From: a virus
Taxonomy: Duplodnaviria; Heunggongvirae; Uroviricota; Caudoviricetes
Virus record (IMG/VR): IMGVR_UViG_3300046692_000385
DNA: 51,577 bases
Strand: one strand, 5' to 3'
In this document: one piece after another, positions 35,239-43,984 of the stretch
Position numbering within the stretch: position 1 is the stretch's first letter
Layout of the letters: each line of letters opens with the position of its first letter
Program-made: the position numbers and the translations under genes
Notes under the pieces: generated by a model
The model's database searches: none
What the model saw: only the letters and a program-made list of their open reading frames with translations
Told to the model about the DNA's origin: nothing

Positions 35239-35399
35239 GCGTTAGCACGCGGCGGTGTGGTGGGCTTCGACTTGGCCCGGCGCGGCTTCGTCACCCAGAG
35301 GATGAGATCGAGGAACTTCATCCACCCGTAGGTGACGGCAGCCCCGATGAGGACGAGGCCCAGGATCGCGAAGATCCATTCGGCGTAGTCCTGGCTCAC
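35235..35399 (-). CDS. Small membrane protein
   Basis: GTG start; WIFAILGLVLIGAAVTYGWMKF. Confidence 0.55.
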   Translation of the reverse strand: MSQDYAEWIFAILGLVLIGAAVTYGWMKFLDLILWVTKPRRAKSKPTTPPRANA

Positions 35400-35755
35400 A
35401 GGCGCACCCCGAAGATGAGCTTGCATTGCTCCTTGACGTGATCGATCTCCTGCGAGGCGAGGTAGACGACGGCTTGCTCAGGGTGATCGTGGCGCACCTC
35501 ATGGCCGCCTACGAAAAGCCTCACCTGGCCGGCATCCTTCCTCACGGCCTGGATGTCCAGGCTCGTATGCCAGGCGGTGCAGGCAGCAGCCTGCGGGAGC
35601 TTGGTGAGGTGCTTCTGGTCGGCCCGGACGTAGACGGTGGCAGCGAGGTCAGCCTGGCGGGCACGGGTTTGGCGGCTCAGGGCGTGGTCAGCGGGCACGT
35701 CGTAGGGTTTCGTCATGGCAAGGTAGCTCTTGATCAGGGAGAGAAGGCGTTTCAT
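35396..35755 (-). CDS. Hypothetical protein (119 aa)
   Basis: Shared AC-rich leader; hairpin 35774-35803 upstream. Confidence 0.62.
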   Translation of the reverse strand: MKRLLSLIKSYLAMTKPYDVPADHALSRQTRARQADLAATVYVRADQKHLTKLPQAAACTAWHTSLDIQAVRKDAGQVRLFVGGHEVRHDHPEQAVVYLASQEIDHVKEQCKLIFGVRL

Positions 35756-35823
35756 GGCGGTCTCGCGTTGTTGTGTGAGCAGTCATTGTCTCGACTGCTC
35801 ACAGGGGTGTCTGCGGCTATCGG

Positions 35824-36183
35824 TCAGGCAGCGAGGATCATCGGCAGGCTGGTCGAGCACTCCGGGTCGCTTGCGAGGACGAAGGCATCAGCGAGGGCGC
35901 GATCCGCGTGGGCGAAGGCGTCGAGCGTGGCGATCACGGACTCTTCCAGGTGACGCACGTCGGAGAAGCACACCGTGAGGGTCTTCACCGCGCGGGTGGA
36001 GACGACGCGTCCGTTCAGCGCAACGAGCGCGACGGGCATGGTCGAACCGTCAGGCATCTCACGACGCACGGACAGCAGGTGCTCACCGTTGGCACGTTGG
36101 CGCACGTGGTGCAGGCGCATGTGGTGGCTGTTGCGGTAGGCGTGGGCGGCGGCTGTGCGTTGCTCGGGGGTCAGATTCTTCAT
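35824..36183 (-). CDS. Hypothetical protein (119 aa)
   Basis: Start reassigned to MKNLTPEQR behind shared leader. Confidence 0.62.
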   Translation of the reverse strand: MKNLTPEQRTAAAHAYRNSHHMRLHHVRQRANGEHLLSVRREMPDGSTMPVALVALNGRVVSTRAVKTLTVCFSDVRHLEESVIATLDAFAHADRALADAFVLASDPECSTSLPMILAA

Positions 36184-36262
36184 GATGCGTTGCTCGCGTT
36201 GTGTTTGTGAGTTTGTATTTTCTCGACCCGCAGCAGGACTTACTGCGGGTATCGGCATGGGA

Positions 36263-36514
36263 TCAGAAGCGGCAGAGCGAGGCGGTGAACTCGCGATCGG
36301 CGACGATGCGGGCCTGCTCGGCTTCCCCGCACTTCCAACGGATGCCAAACCCACCGTCTTCGATGGTGGCGGGGTGGACGTTGTAGAGCTGCCCTTCGAG
36401 CATCGCGAAGGTGTTCCCGTCGACATCACGGTAGGTCCAGTCCGGGGCGGCGCGGTTAATGGCACCGAGCGGGTAAGAGCGGGAGGCGCAGATGGCGGGA
36501 TGATTGATCAGCAT
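36263..36514 (-). CDS. Hypothetical protein (83 aa)
   Basis: Start reassigned to MLINHP behind shared leader. Confidence 0.58.
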   Translation of the reverse strand: MLINHPAICASRSYPLGAINRAAPDWTYRDVDGNTFAMLEGQLYNVHPATIEDGGFGIRWKCGEAEQARIVADREFTASLCRF

Positions 36515-36651
36515 GTCGCGGGTCTCGCGTTGTTTGTGAGCTTTCAGTGTCTCAACCCGTGTGAGGAACAACTGCGGGTATCGGCGAGGGGGTGTGTGGG
36601 GCGGCCTAGGGCTTGTGCTTACAGAACCGCGCAGGGGCGGCTCGTTGGTGC

Positions 36652-36888
36652 TTACATGATCATCGTGTCGAGAATGTTCGGCATCGCGTTGATCCGCTTC
36701 GTCCACTCCGCCCGCTCCTTCAGTTCGATATGGACGAGCATTTCGTCCGACTCGATCATGTCGGCGACGTCGAGCCCGTATTCGTGAATCGTCTCCAGCG
36801 AGACTTGAATGTCGGAAGGCGTCATCAACGCGTTGGCTTCACGGGAGAGCAGCGCACGATACTGGGAGGCGGTCAGTTTCGAAGTCAT
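36652..36888 (-). CDS. Hypothetical protein (78 aa)
   Basis: Behind repeated intergenic module. Confidence 0.62.
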   Translation of the reverse strand: MTSKLTASQYRALLSREANALMTPSDIQVSLETIHEYGLDVADMIESDEMLVHIELKERAEWTKRINAMPNILDTMIM

Positions 36889-36975
36889 CTTCGGGGTCCG
36901 GTTGTCGCTGCACGTCGCAGCAGATTCAATTATTCACTTCTGACTAAGGCTTTACTGCGGGTATCGGCATGGGCG

Positions 36976-37263
36976 TCAGTCGTCGATTTCGGTCGTGCTT
37001 CCGACGATGTAGGACGGGTCCGCAACGATCCTCGCCCACTGATCCGCGTCGTCGAAGAACTGAGTCGTCACGTCGATCATGTCCTCCGTGAACGTCTCGA
37101 TCACGCGCAACGTTCCTTGCCCGAGAAAGCCCGCGTCGCTCAGCGACAGGACGCGCGTCGCAATGTGCGACTCGTTGGAGGGCGGGTAGGCGTTGTGGAA
37201 CTCGATGAGGAAGAGTTGCTCGCTCAGGCTGTAGTCGGTGATCCGTGCGCAGATATAAGACAT
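36976..37263 (-). CDS. Hypothetical acidic protein (95 aa)
   Basis: Behind repeated intergenic module. Confidence 0.62.
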   Translation of the reverse strand: MSYICARITDYSLSEQLFLIEFHNAYPPSNESHIATRVLSLSDAGFLGQGTLRVIETFTEDMIDVTTQFFDDADQWARIVADPSYIVGSTTEIDD

Positions 37264-37370
37264 GATCGGTTCTCGGGTGTCGCTGCACGTCGCAGCAACT
37301 ACATTATTCAGTTTTGAGTGTGGCTTTACTGCGGGTATCGGCTTGGCGAAACGCCTCTCCCCTCCCCGCC

Positions 37371-37456
37371 GGCCTAGGCCTTATACCAAGGCCGATCCCC
37401 GCCTTATAGGGCGAGGCCTTGGCCTTATAGGGCGCGCCCGAGGCCTTATACCAAGG
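37371..37456 (+). repeat. Four GCCTTATA repeats spaced 23/21/21 bp
   Basis: 37378, 37401, 37422, 37443; alternating AGGCCTTATACCAAGG and GCCTTATAGGGCG. Confidence 0.82.
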
Positions 37457-37503
37457 AGAAAGCCCGAGGGGTTCGCCCTAACGAGGCCGAGGGCAAAACC
37501 CTC

Positions 37504-37611
37504 AAATCTCCAATGGGTGTCGGCCGCGGCTCCCGTTCCCGAGGGGTAAGCCCTATACGTAGGGAAGAGGCCTGGTGAAACTTCCAATCAGTGTCGGGTT
37601 CGGCTCCCGTT
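37504..37611 (+). repeat. 34-bp dispersed motif, copies 3 and 4
   Basis: 37504-37537 and 37578-37611. Confidence 0.8.
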
Positions 37612-37938
37612 CTCCATGTGGAGCTTGGGTCTCGCGCGCACACGCGCCTAGGCTTTCTATAGCTACAATTCGACTAATGTAGGGGTTGGGGTGAACGCTC
37701 ACGGAGAGGTGTATAGAGCATGGAATCATCGTCAGCTAGGCATTTAACTCCGGTAGCCCCACACCGTCTCCAGGCTTGCGCCCGTCACCCCTGTCTCGCT
37801 GAGTTTGTGCGGGATGGCCTTCCCACCCCGCACCTGGCCCCCTACCGCGCCAGTCCATTCTCATGCCGCTTTTCTTCCCGACGACCACAGCAAGGGTCTC
37901 ATAGTCTTAGGGCGGGGAGTGCCCTTGGTGCTGTGAGT

Positions 37939-37967
37939 ATTATAGTCAGGAATGACTGTTGGCGGAA
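37939..37967 (-). promoter_or_regulatory. Promoter with perfect -10 and operator in spacer, facing an ORF-free region
   Basis: TTCCGC-CAACAGTCATTCCTGAC(17)-TATAAT. Confidence 0.7.
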
Positions 37968-38071
37968 GTGGGAGATGTGTAAGGTTTCGGCGGCGCGGGA
38001 CATTTTTCGTCGGTCCATAGCCACCACACGCTTTCTGAGCTCCTTTCTCAAGCCCCCGCTGACCTCTCCCT

Positions 38072-38311
38072 CTACCACGCATCTCCATACCCTTCCGGGC
38101 GTCTCTCAGGCGGACCTGTCCTGTAGCCCTTGAACACACCGGGGAAGGAGTCGTATTCGATCCACTCCCGTATCTGTGGTCTCCTGCCGAGCTTCTCCCA
38201 TAGGAACTCGCCCGGTATGTGCCAGGTGGTGTCATTGATGCCTCCTCTGCCGACGAGATAGCGATCTGTGTCCACGTCGAACTTGAGGATGATCACGGTA
38301 ATCATGCTCAT
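38072..38311 (-). CDS. Hypothetical protein (79 aa)
   Basis: Third of three closely spaced ORFs. Confidence 0.6.
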   Translation of the reverse strand: MSMITVIILKFDVDTDRYLVGRGGINDTTWHIPGEFLWEKLGRRPQIREWIEYDSFPGVFKGYRTGPPERRPEGYGDAW

Positions 38312-38314
38312 GGC

Positions 38315-38521
38315 CTACCAGCTCCCATACTCCTTACGCTCCTCGCTCTGGTTGATGTCCATCCAGTAGCTCATGTCCCTACGCGGTTCGTGGAAGCTGT
38401 GGTTTCTGCAGGCCTGTCTGGTGAAGGTGACGGGTATCCAGCCGATCGTGTCCTCGTATCCGCCGTGAGCGTGCGTCTCTGTGATTTCGTGGAAGCGCAC
38501 GGTTTGCATGTTTGTGTCCAT
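38315..38521 (-). CDS. Hypothetical protein (68 aa)
   Basis: Closely spaced operon ORF. Confidence 0.55.
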   Translation of the reverse strand: MDTNMQTVRFHEITETHAHGGYEDTIGWIPVTFTRQACRNHSFHEPRRDMSYWMDINQSEERKEYGSW

Positions 38522-38743
38522 CTACCAGACCTCCCCGTAGCCTTCCGCATGGTCCTTCCCGATGCTCAACGCCATCTTGAGCCAGTCGGTGTCGAAGCTC
38601 TTGAGCACCTGGCCTGCCTGGATCGGTGCCGGGTATTTGCTCTGGAGCCAGGTCGCCGGCATGGTGTAGTCCTCGAGCCTGTCGCGGAGATGCACGACGA
38701 TCCAGGTGTCGTTCTGCTCCATTACATCTGCGTCGATTCGCAT
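38522..38743 (-). CDS. Hypothetical protein (73 aa)
   Basis: Closely spaced operon ORF. Confidence 0.55.
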   Translation of the reverse strand: MRIDADVMEQNDTWIVVHLRDRLEDYTMPATWLQSKYPAPIQAGQVLKSFDTDWLKMALSIGKDHAEGYGEVW

Positions 38744-39123
38744 TGGATTCTCTGTGCGTGTTGCGATTCTCGATTCTCTCGTCTTATACGTGGAGTTGCT
38801 GCGGGAATCGTGTGTTGGATCTGAGCGCTTTAGAAACGTTTTGAGCGGTCGGGCTGCTCGTTGCTGTCTGCGTGCGTCGAGCGGTAGGAGGGGCGCTTGT
38901 AGCGCGTTTTGATGCGTTCCTGACCGGTCCGCTTGCGCTTGTTTCTCTGCTGCGGTTCTTACACTTCAGGCCGAGAGTTCTCTTATAGTTCTGTCGCTTT
39001 GTGGCCTGCCCTATAAGAGTCTAAAAAGCCTTTTAAATCAATGGCTTACCTAGGCTCTGTGTGAGGTGCATCCAAGGCCGGCAGTTTCTACGGAAAAGGG
39101 GTCGTTTCGAGCCCCTTTCTGGC

Positions 39124-39360
39124 CTACCACGAGCCCTGTCCGGCGTAGGCTTCTGACGCGTTTGGGTCGACCAGGGCGTATTGCCAGGCATCAGGGCAGT
39201 TCCGGTTCCACCCATCGATAAGAGCCTGCGCTGCTCGTGAGGTCAGACTGGCGGCGTCGAAGCAGCCGGCCTCGCTGGCGTTGGACTCAGTGAAGTCGCA
39301 CACCTCGTCGTGCCCCTCGAATTCGCCGAAGCCGATGCGCCTGAACTTGAGCGTGGTCAT
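39124..39360 (-). CDS. Hypothetical protein (78 aa)
   Basis: Start reassigned to MTTLKF, adjacent to upstream stop. Confidence 0.58.
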   Translation of the reverse strand: MTTLKFRRIGFGEFEGHDEVCDFTESNASEAGCFDAASLTSRAAQALIDGWNRNCPDAWQYALVDPNASEAYAGQGSW

Positions 39361-39361
39361 C

Positions 39362-39628
39362 TCAGGCCTCGTCCGGCAGCCACACCCACGCCTGAACCCA
39401 GGTGCCGCCGTCGGCCTGCGAAGAGAGCGCGCCGTCATCCACCTCGATGTCGTCGTCGCTTCCGAGCGCGTATTGGTCGCGGGCGCGCTCGATCTCCTCG
39501 TCACTGGCGAAGGTCATGTCCGCGCGTGCCCGCTTGAGCTCCTCGAAGGCTTTACGGCAATCCTCCACCGAGCCGCCGTGATACTCCCGCATGTAGGCGT
39601 CGAGCGCCTCAATGACTCTCAGTGCCAT
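39362..39628 (-). CDS. Hypothetical protein (88 aa)
   Basis: DDDIEVDDGALSS..GTWVQAWVWL; RBS GAGG. Confidence 0.68.
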   Translation of the reverse strand: MALRVIEALDAYMREYHGGSVEDCRKAFEELKRARADMTFASDEEIERARDQYALGSDDDIEVDDGALSSQADGGTWVQAWVWLPDEA

Positions 39629-39912
39629 CAGTTCCTCTCGTCGCCGAAGTCCACGTTGAAAATGCTCTCGTCGCTCTCCGCGATGCTGGATTCGACCAGG
39701 GACAGGCCGGGAGGCGATTCGCCCGGGTCCAAAACCATCTGCACGCAGGCGCCGACGTCGATGAGGCCGTTCGGGCGCAGCAGATCCAAAGCCGCCTCCT
39801 GCGTGAACGCTGGTCCGTCGATCGCCTGTGTCGCCACGAACAGCGCGTTGTCGAACAGCGTCTCCTCGTCATCCACTTCGACGTCCATCGTGAACGTGTA
39901 AAGCTTTGCCAT
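39628..39912 (-). CDS. Hypothetical acidic protein (94 aa)
   Basis: RBS AGGAGG. Confidence 0.68.
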   Translation of the reverse strand: MAKLYTFTMDVEVDDEETLFDNALFVATQAIDGPAFTQEAALDLLRPNGLIDVGACVQMVLDPGESPPGLSLVESSIAESDESIFNVDFGDERN

Positions 39913-40125
39913 TCTTTCCTCCTGGTTGAGATTCTCAAGATTGGCGCCTCCGCTATCCCCCGATTCGCGTCCGGCCGATTAAGGGCAACTCCGCCGACCA
40001 GGAGTTGGACACCGCCACCACAGCGGTCTGCCCTTATTGAGGCGCCAAGCTTGAGAACCCACCTACCGGTAGGTCAGTGTTGGCAAGAAGTTGCACGGTT
40101 TTGGCAACTTCTTGCACGGTGTCGA

Positions 40126-40590
40126 TCAGTGAGCGGCGGGCGGCCGGCGGAACACGCCCTGCAGCATCTCCGCGACCTGCGCCTGGATCTCTTCGGGGCT
40201 GCCCTTCAGCACGAACACGCCGGGCGGCAGGCGCACGGGCTCGTCGGACATCGCCTTCAGGTCAGCCACACCCGCTTCGTCGCGCGGATCGCTCCAGGAG
40301 CGCACGAATTCGTCCTTCGTCATCGACGGCTGTGCGGCCGCGACCTCTGCCGGCGTCGGGGCGGGGTTGACCTCCGCGCGATCAGCCTCGAACACGAGGG
40401 CCTGCTTGGCGAGTTCGTTGATCTGGTCCACGCCCGCGAACAGCATCATGGCGTCGTCGATGGAGAGCGTGGCCTTGCCCGTCTTGATGGCCTCGATGGC
40501 GAAACTGCCCGCGAGGTCTTTGAGCAGGCTGGTGCCCTCCGACAGTTGGGCCAGCTCGGCTGTGTTGGTGCGTGCGATCGGTTGGTTCAT
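40126..40590 (-). CDS. Hypothetical protein (154 aa)
   Basis: Start reassigned to MNQPIART behind GAGGAG. Confidence 0.65.
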   Translation of the reverse strand: MNQPIARTNTAELAQLSEGTSLLKDLAGSFAIEAIKTGKATLSIDDAMMLFAGVDQINELAKQALVFEADRAEVNPAPTPAEVAAAQPSMTKDEFVRSWSDPRDEAGVADLKAMSDEPVRLPPGVFVLKGSPEEIQAQVAEMLQGVFRRPPAAH

Positions 40591-40709
40591 GTGTGGTTTA
40601 CTCCTCGTGTTGTGCGCTTTGCGCGTGTTGTTTCGATGAATGAATTGTCGCAACCGGTGCGTGGGGTTTGTGCGCGCCCGGTGCGATACCCGGTTAGTTG
40701 CCCAGAGGC

Positions 40710-40901
40710 CTAATCGCTGCCCCACTTCCTGTCTTCCTCGTCAAAGTCGGGCAGGTGTTCAAAAGCGAGATCGACCTTCGCCTCGCGACGCCGACGGCGG
40801 TTGCGCAGGATCATGCGCAGCGTGTTCTTGGCGTGCTCCTCCGTCATTTCACCAACGGCAAGGCGCCGGCCGTCTTGGCACACCCAGATTTCGTCGTCCA
40901 C
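40710..40901 (-). CDS. Hypothetical protein (63 aa)
   Basis: W...DGRRLAVGEMTEEHAKNTLRMI pattern; GAGGAG upstream. Confidence 0.65.
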   Translation of the reverse strand: MDDEIWVCQDGRRLAVGEMTEEHAKNTLRMILRNRRRRREAKVDLAFEHLPDFDEEDRKWGSD

Positions 40902-40904
40902 GCC

Positions 40905-41165
40905 CTACTCCTCGTCTTCCTCGCCCTCGTCCGGCTCCTCGCGCGCCTCGCATTCGCTCTTCGGCCACTCGCCACCATCCTCATCCACGACGATCAGTTC
41001 GTCGTTCTCGTCGGTGACGAGGTGCTGGTAGTCCCACTGCATGTCCGAGCCGCCGGCGTAGACGGGCTCGCCCTGTTCATCCCAACCCGAAATTGCGGCC
41101 ACGCAGGGCACGCTTTCTTTCGTGCCGGTGATCTTCAGGCCATTGGGCGCGTAAAGCTGTTTCAT
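40905..41165 (-). CDS. Hypothetical acidic protein (86 aa)
   Basis: Start reassigned to MKQLYAP behind AAGGAG. Confidence 0.62.
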   Translation of the reverse strand: MKQLYAPNGLKITGTKESVPCVAAISGWDEQGEPVYAGGSDMQWDYQHLVTDENDELIVVDEDGGEWPKSECEAREEPDEGEEDEE

Positions 41166-41175
41166 GCGTCTCTCC

Positions 41176-41448
41176 TTACCAGTCGTAGGTTTGAAGGCCT
41201 TCCACCACGTCGCCATCGCAGTCGAGGCGAACCCACTCGGCGCCCTGCTCGCGCGCCCAGGCGAAGATGGCCTTGAGGCTCTCGGGCGCGTCCGCCTCCG
41301 GCTCGCTCTGCGCGTAGAGGAAGAAACCCTCCAGGTAGGACGCGCAAGAGGTCCAGGGGTTGTTGTCGCCCAGCTCCTCGAGCTGCTTGGCGACCGCTGC
41401 GGACAGGTGGCCGGTGGAGATCACCGGCACTTTGTCGATTCGGGGCAT
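41176..41448 (-). CDS. DUF5983-like hypothetical protein
   Basis: ISTGHLS...WVRLDCDG....YDW pattern recalled for this family. Confidence 0.55.
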   Translation of the reverse strand: MPRIDKVPVISTGHLSAAVAKQLEELGDNNPWTSCASYLEGFFLYAQSEPEADAPESLKAIFAWAREQGAEWVRLDCDGDVVEGLQTYDW

Positions 41449-41459
41449 TTCTCTTCTCC

Positions 41460-41699
41460 TTAGATCAGGGCGAGCACGCGGCTCTTGAACTCGGTGTAGG
41501 CTTTCTCGTATTCCTTGAACCCGACGCCGAACCCGGTGGTGTCGACGGCGATCGGCTCGGCGTCCCGGTCGGCCCAGTTGCGGGTGACGGTCGTGACGGC
41601 GTAGGACTGCAACTCGTCATCAAGGAAATTCGCCTGCAATTGGACAGTCACGGCTTGCCCGCAGGTGCTTTGGAACTGCTTCATCAGGTGCGCGGCCAT
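41460..41699 (-). CDS. Hypothetical protein (79 aa)
   Basis: First gene after promoter 41769-41797. Confidence 0.62.
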   Translation of the reverse strand: MAAHLMKQFQSTCGQAVTVQLQANFLDDELQSYAVTTVTRNWADRDAEPIAVDTTGFGVGFKEYEKAYTEFKSRVLALI

Positions 41700-41768
41700 A
41701 TTTGCTCGCTTTTCTCTGTTGTTTCGACAGAGAAATTCTCTCGTAACGATGCAGGAATGTATGCGGCT

Positions 41769-41797
41769 ATCGTAATCAGTTTTGACTGTTACCGCAA
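41769..41797 (-). promoter_or_regulatory. sigma70 promoter with operator in spacer
   Basis: TTGCGG-TAACAGTCAAAACTGAT(17)-TACGAT. Confidence 0.75.
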
Positions 41798-41986
41798 GGC
41801 CTATTTTGCATCGTTGTTCGCGCGAAACACGCTGCTTTTGGCCGGATTAGGTGACAGATTTAGAGCGCTGGTGTGCGGTAGGTATTGTCGCGTGCATATC
41901 TCAGCACTGACTGATCGACCGAGCGCACACCAAGCTCGCGGCCTAGGCGTCGAAGGCGTGCGCCAAACCGCCCGAAGGCGGCACCC

Positions 41987-42193
41987 TTAGAAATTGCGTT
42001 CGTGATAGCAGGCGGACTTCCAGGCGTCTTCCTCAGAGTCGCTCACGTCACCGTCCTGAAAGTCTGCATCCTCGCCCTTGCCCTTGAACCAGCGAAACGA
42101 GCCCGACCACCAACCCGGACCCCACTCCTTGTCCATATCCTCAATCCAGTAACCCTTTGCGGTCAGTTCGGCTTTGCGTTCGGCGGCGATCAT
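41987..42193 (-). CDS. Hypothetical Trp-rich protein (68 aa)
   Basis: ORF in operon orientation. Confidence 0.55.
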   Translation of the reverse strand: MIAAERKAELTAKGYWIEDMDKEWGPGWWSGSFRWFKGKGEDADFQDGDVSDSEEDAWKSACYHERNF

Positions 42194-42312
42194 GGCTTTT
42201 GTTCCGGTTCGTTGCTGCGTTTCTCGCAGTGATTCAATTCTCGCAACCGGTGGTAGGGCTTGCTGTGGCTATCTGCGTGCCCCAAGCCTCTTGCCTAGGC
42301 CTTGCCCGAACG

Positions 42313-42345
42313 AAAAAGGGGGCGCCACCTGGGCGCCCCTAAAAA
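42313..42345 (-). terminator. Intrinsic terminator
   Basis: GGGGCGCC-CAGGT-GGCGCCCC-CTTTTT. Confidence 0.75.
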
Positions 42346-42370
42346 CCACACACACTTCAGAGATAAACTT

Positions 42371-42730
42371 TTACCAGGAGGCGCCCTTCGCCACCGTGTT
42401 CGGCCGGTCTGAGCCCTTCGGTGCGACCGGTGCCGCAGCCGGCGCCGCAGCCGGCGTCAGGAGGCTTGGCGACACACGCCAGGTCATCAGCAGGCGGCGC
42501 CCGCTCGCATCCACTTCCGTGACGTTCGCGGTCTTGACGTTGATCTTGTCCACGATCGCCGTCACCAACCGGCCCTTGCCCTTGAATGTCACCTTCTGCC
42601 CGACCCGCAGCCGATTACCGGCCTCGAACTGCGCCTGTGTCGCGCGCTGGCGCAGCAGGCTGCAAATGTGGTGATTCATGTCGCGCAGGGTCTCGGTGCT
42701 CAATGCATTCAGTTTGCTCAAATCCATCAT
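42371..42730 (-). CDS. Hypothetical protein, SH3-like beta domain
   Basis: Start reassigned to MMDLSK behind GAGG; LRVGQKVTF..IVDKINVKTANV. Confidence 0.62.
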   Translation of the reverse strand: MMDLSKLNALSTETLRDMNHHICSLLRQRATQAQFEAGNRLRVGQKVTFKGKGRLVTAIVDKINVKTANVTEVDASGRRLLMTWRVSPSLLTPAAAPAAAPVAPKGSDRPNTVAKGASW

Positions 42731-42819
42731 GTCCTCGTTGATGAAGGTGGGTTCAATGTGAAAGCGCACGCGTCGCATGCGCTTGCAAATTGGAGGGGCG
42801 CTGAGCCCCTCTCCCCTGA

Positions 42820-43689
42820 TTACAGGCCGAGTTCGGTCTTCGCCTTCAAGAGAATCGCCGAGTCCTCGTTCGCAACCATGCGACCCTTCTCCTTGACCGT
42901 GATCTTCAAGGCGGGGAACAGCATGAAGCACTGGTTGGCTTGCGAGGCGGCGGTGCCGGCCGAGTAAGGCTTCGCGAGCAGGTTGGTCTGGAGGTTGCCC
43001 TTCGCGCCCGACGTCAACTCCCCGTCGGTCAAGAGGACCGTGAAGGCGCGCTTCAGCACTTCGTTGAGCGCCCCACCGTTCTTCAACCACCCGAACAGCA
43101 TCGTCGCCTTCTCCCCGACCTTCTTCGCGAGCCCGTCGATCTCAGCGAGCGCTGCTTCCTGCTTCGCTTTGAGCGCTTCCTCGTCCAGCTCCGCGTCCGC
43201 GAGTTCGAGAATCAGGAACTCGCTCGCCTTCTCACCGAGCTTGGCGACGACTTTCTGCGACTTCGACAGCGGCGGACCCTGGCGCACTGCAGCGCGGGGC
43301 TTGCCCTTACCCTTCGGTGCGTCGGCTTCGGCTTCGACCGCGGCTGCGCCCTCTTCCGTCTCGTCGCTCGGGGTGTCCGCTGCGCTCGTGGCAGCGTCCG
43401 CGCTCGCTTCGGCGTAGGCAGCTTGCGTCGCTTCGTGCAGCTCGGCAGCGGCAGCGACTTCATCCAGCACCGCGTCGTCGTGCACGGCGTCGGCTTCGAC
43501 CGCAGCGTCATCGGCAGCGGGAGCAGCGGCTTCGACTTCGGGCTCGACGGCAGCGGCGTCGAGCGGCTCCTCGATGATTTCGTCGGGCGCAGCACCCGCT
43601 TCCGCACCGCCCAGTTCCAGCAGCAGATCGTTCAGCACTGCGTTCTCGTCCACGTTGTTGCCCGATTCGATCGCGTTGAGGTTTTCCAT
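42820..43689 (-). CDS. Hypothetical protein (289 aa), acidic N-terminal linker, C-terminal PYSAGTAASQANQ motif
   Basis: Start reassigned to MENLNA behind GGAG; candidate promoter CAGACA-17-TAATAT with operator half-site near 43833-43861. Confidence 0.75.
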   Translation of the reverse strand: MENLNAIESGNNVDENAVLNDLLLELGGAEAGAAPDEIIEEPLDAAAVEPEVEAAAPAADDAAVEADAVHDDAVLDEVAAAAELHEATQAAYAEASADAATSAADTPSDETEEGAAAVEAEADAPKGKGKPRAAVRQGPPLSKSQKVVAKLGEKASEFLILELADAELDEEALKAKQEAALAEIDGLAKKVGEKATMLFGWLKNGGALNEVLKRAFTVLLTDGELTSGAKGNLQTNLLAKPYSAGTAASQANQCFMLFPALKITVKEKGRMVANEDSAILLKAKTELGL

Positions 43690-43984
43690 GTTTGCTTCTC
43701 CGAAAAGTTGAGTTTGTGTGTATCGCAGCAAGTGTTATCTTGCATCGCGATTCGAGGACTTTGAACAGCTATTGCTGAATCCCCCGAACCGCTCTGTTTT
43801 CTGCTGTTTCGCGTTGTTTGCTGCGATGTATGAATATTAAAGACTGACTGTTGGAGTGTCTGCGGGAACCGGCGCGGGAGACCAGGCGGTTTTCGCTGAT
43901 TACGTATGCACGTGGCGCGCGTGCGAATAGCACGTGGCGCGAGGGATGTGGTGAGGCAGAATGGGGATTTTTCAGGAGAAGCCG

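Larger units (their letters stand above)
36242..37342 (+). repeat. Intergenic module repeats
   Basis: ACTGCGGGTATCGGC at 36242, 36571, 36954, 37328; TGTCGCTGCACGTCGCAGCA at 36903 and 37278. Confidence 0.88.

Noticed and set aside
37640-37740. Hammerhead ribozyme (CTGACGA ... GAAA on minus strand)
   Set aside because: Stems II and III and the NUH cleavage site cannot be built
37750-37812. c-di-GMP-I riboswitch resemblance (CAAAC...GCGCAAGCC...GGGGCTACCG)
   Set aside because: P2 pairs poorly and the tetraloop receptor is missing; only cmscan could rescue it
39034-39048. TAAATCAATGGCTTA as a dif or att arm site
   Set aside because: Single copy, no match to a full 28-bp dif, no recombinase in the window
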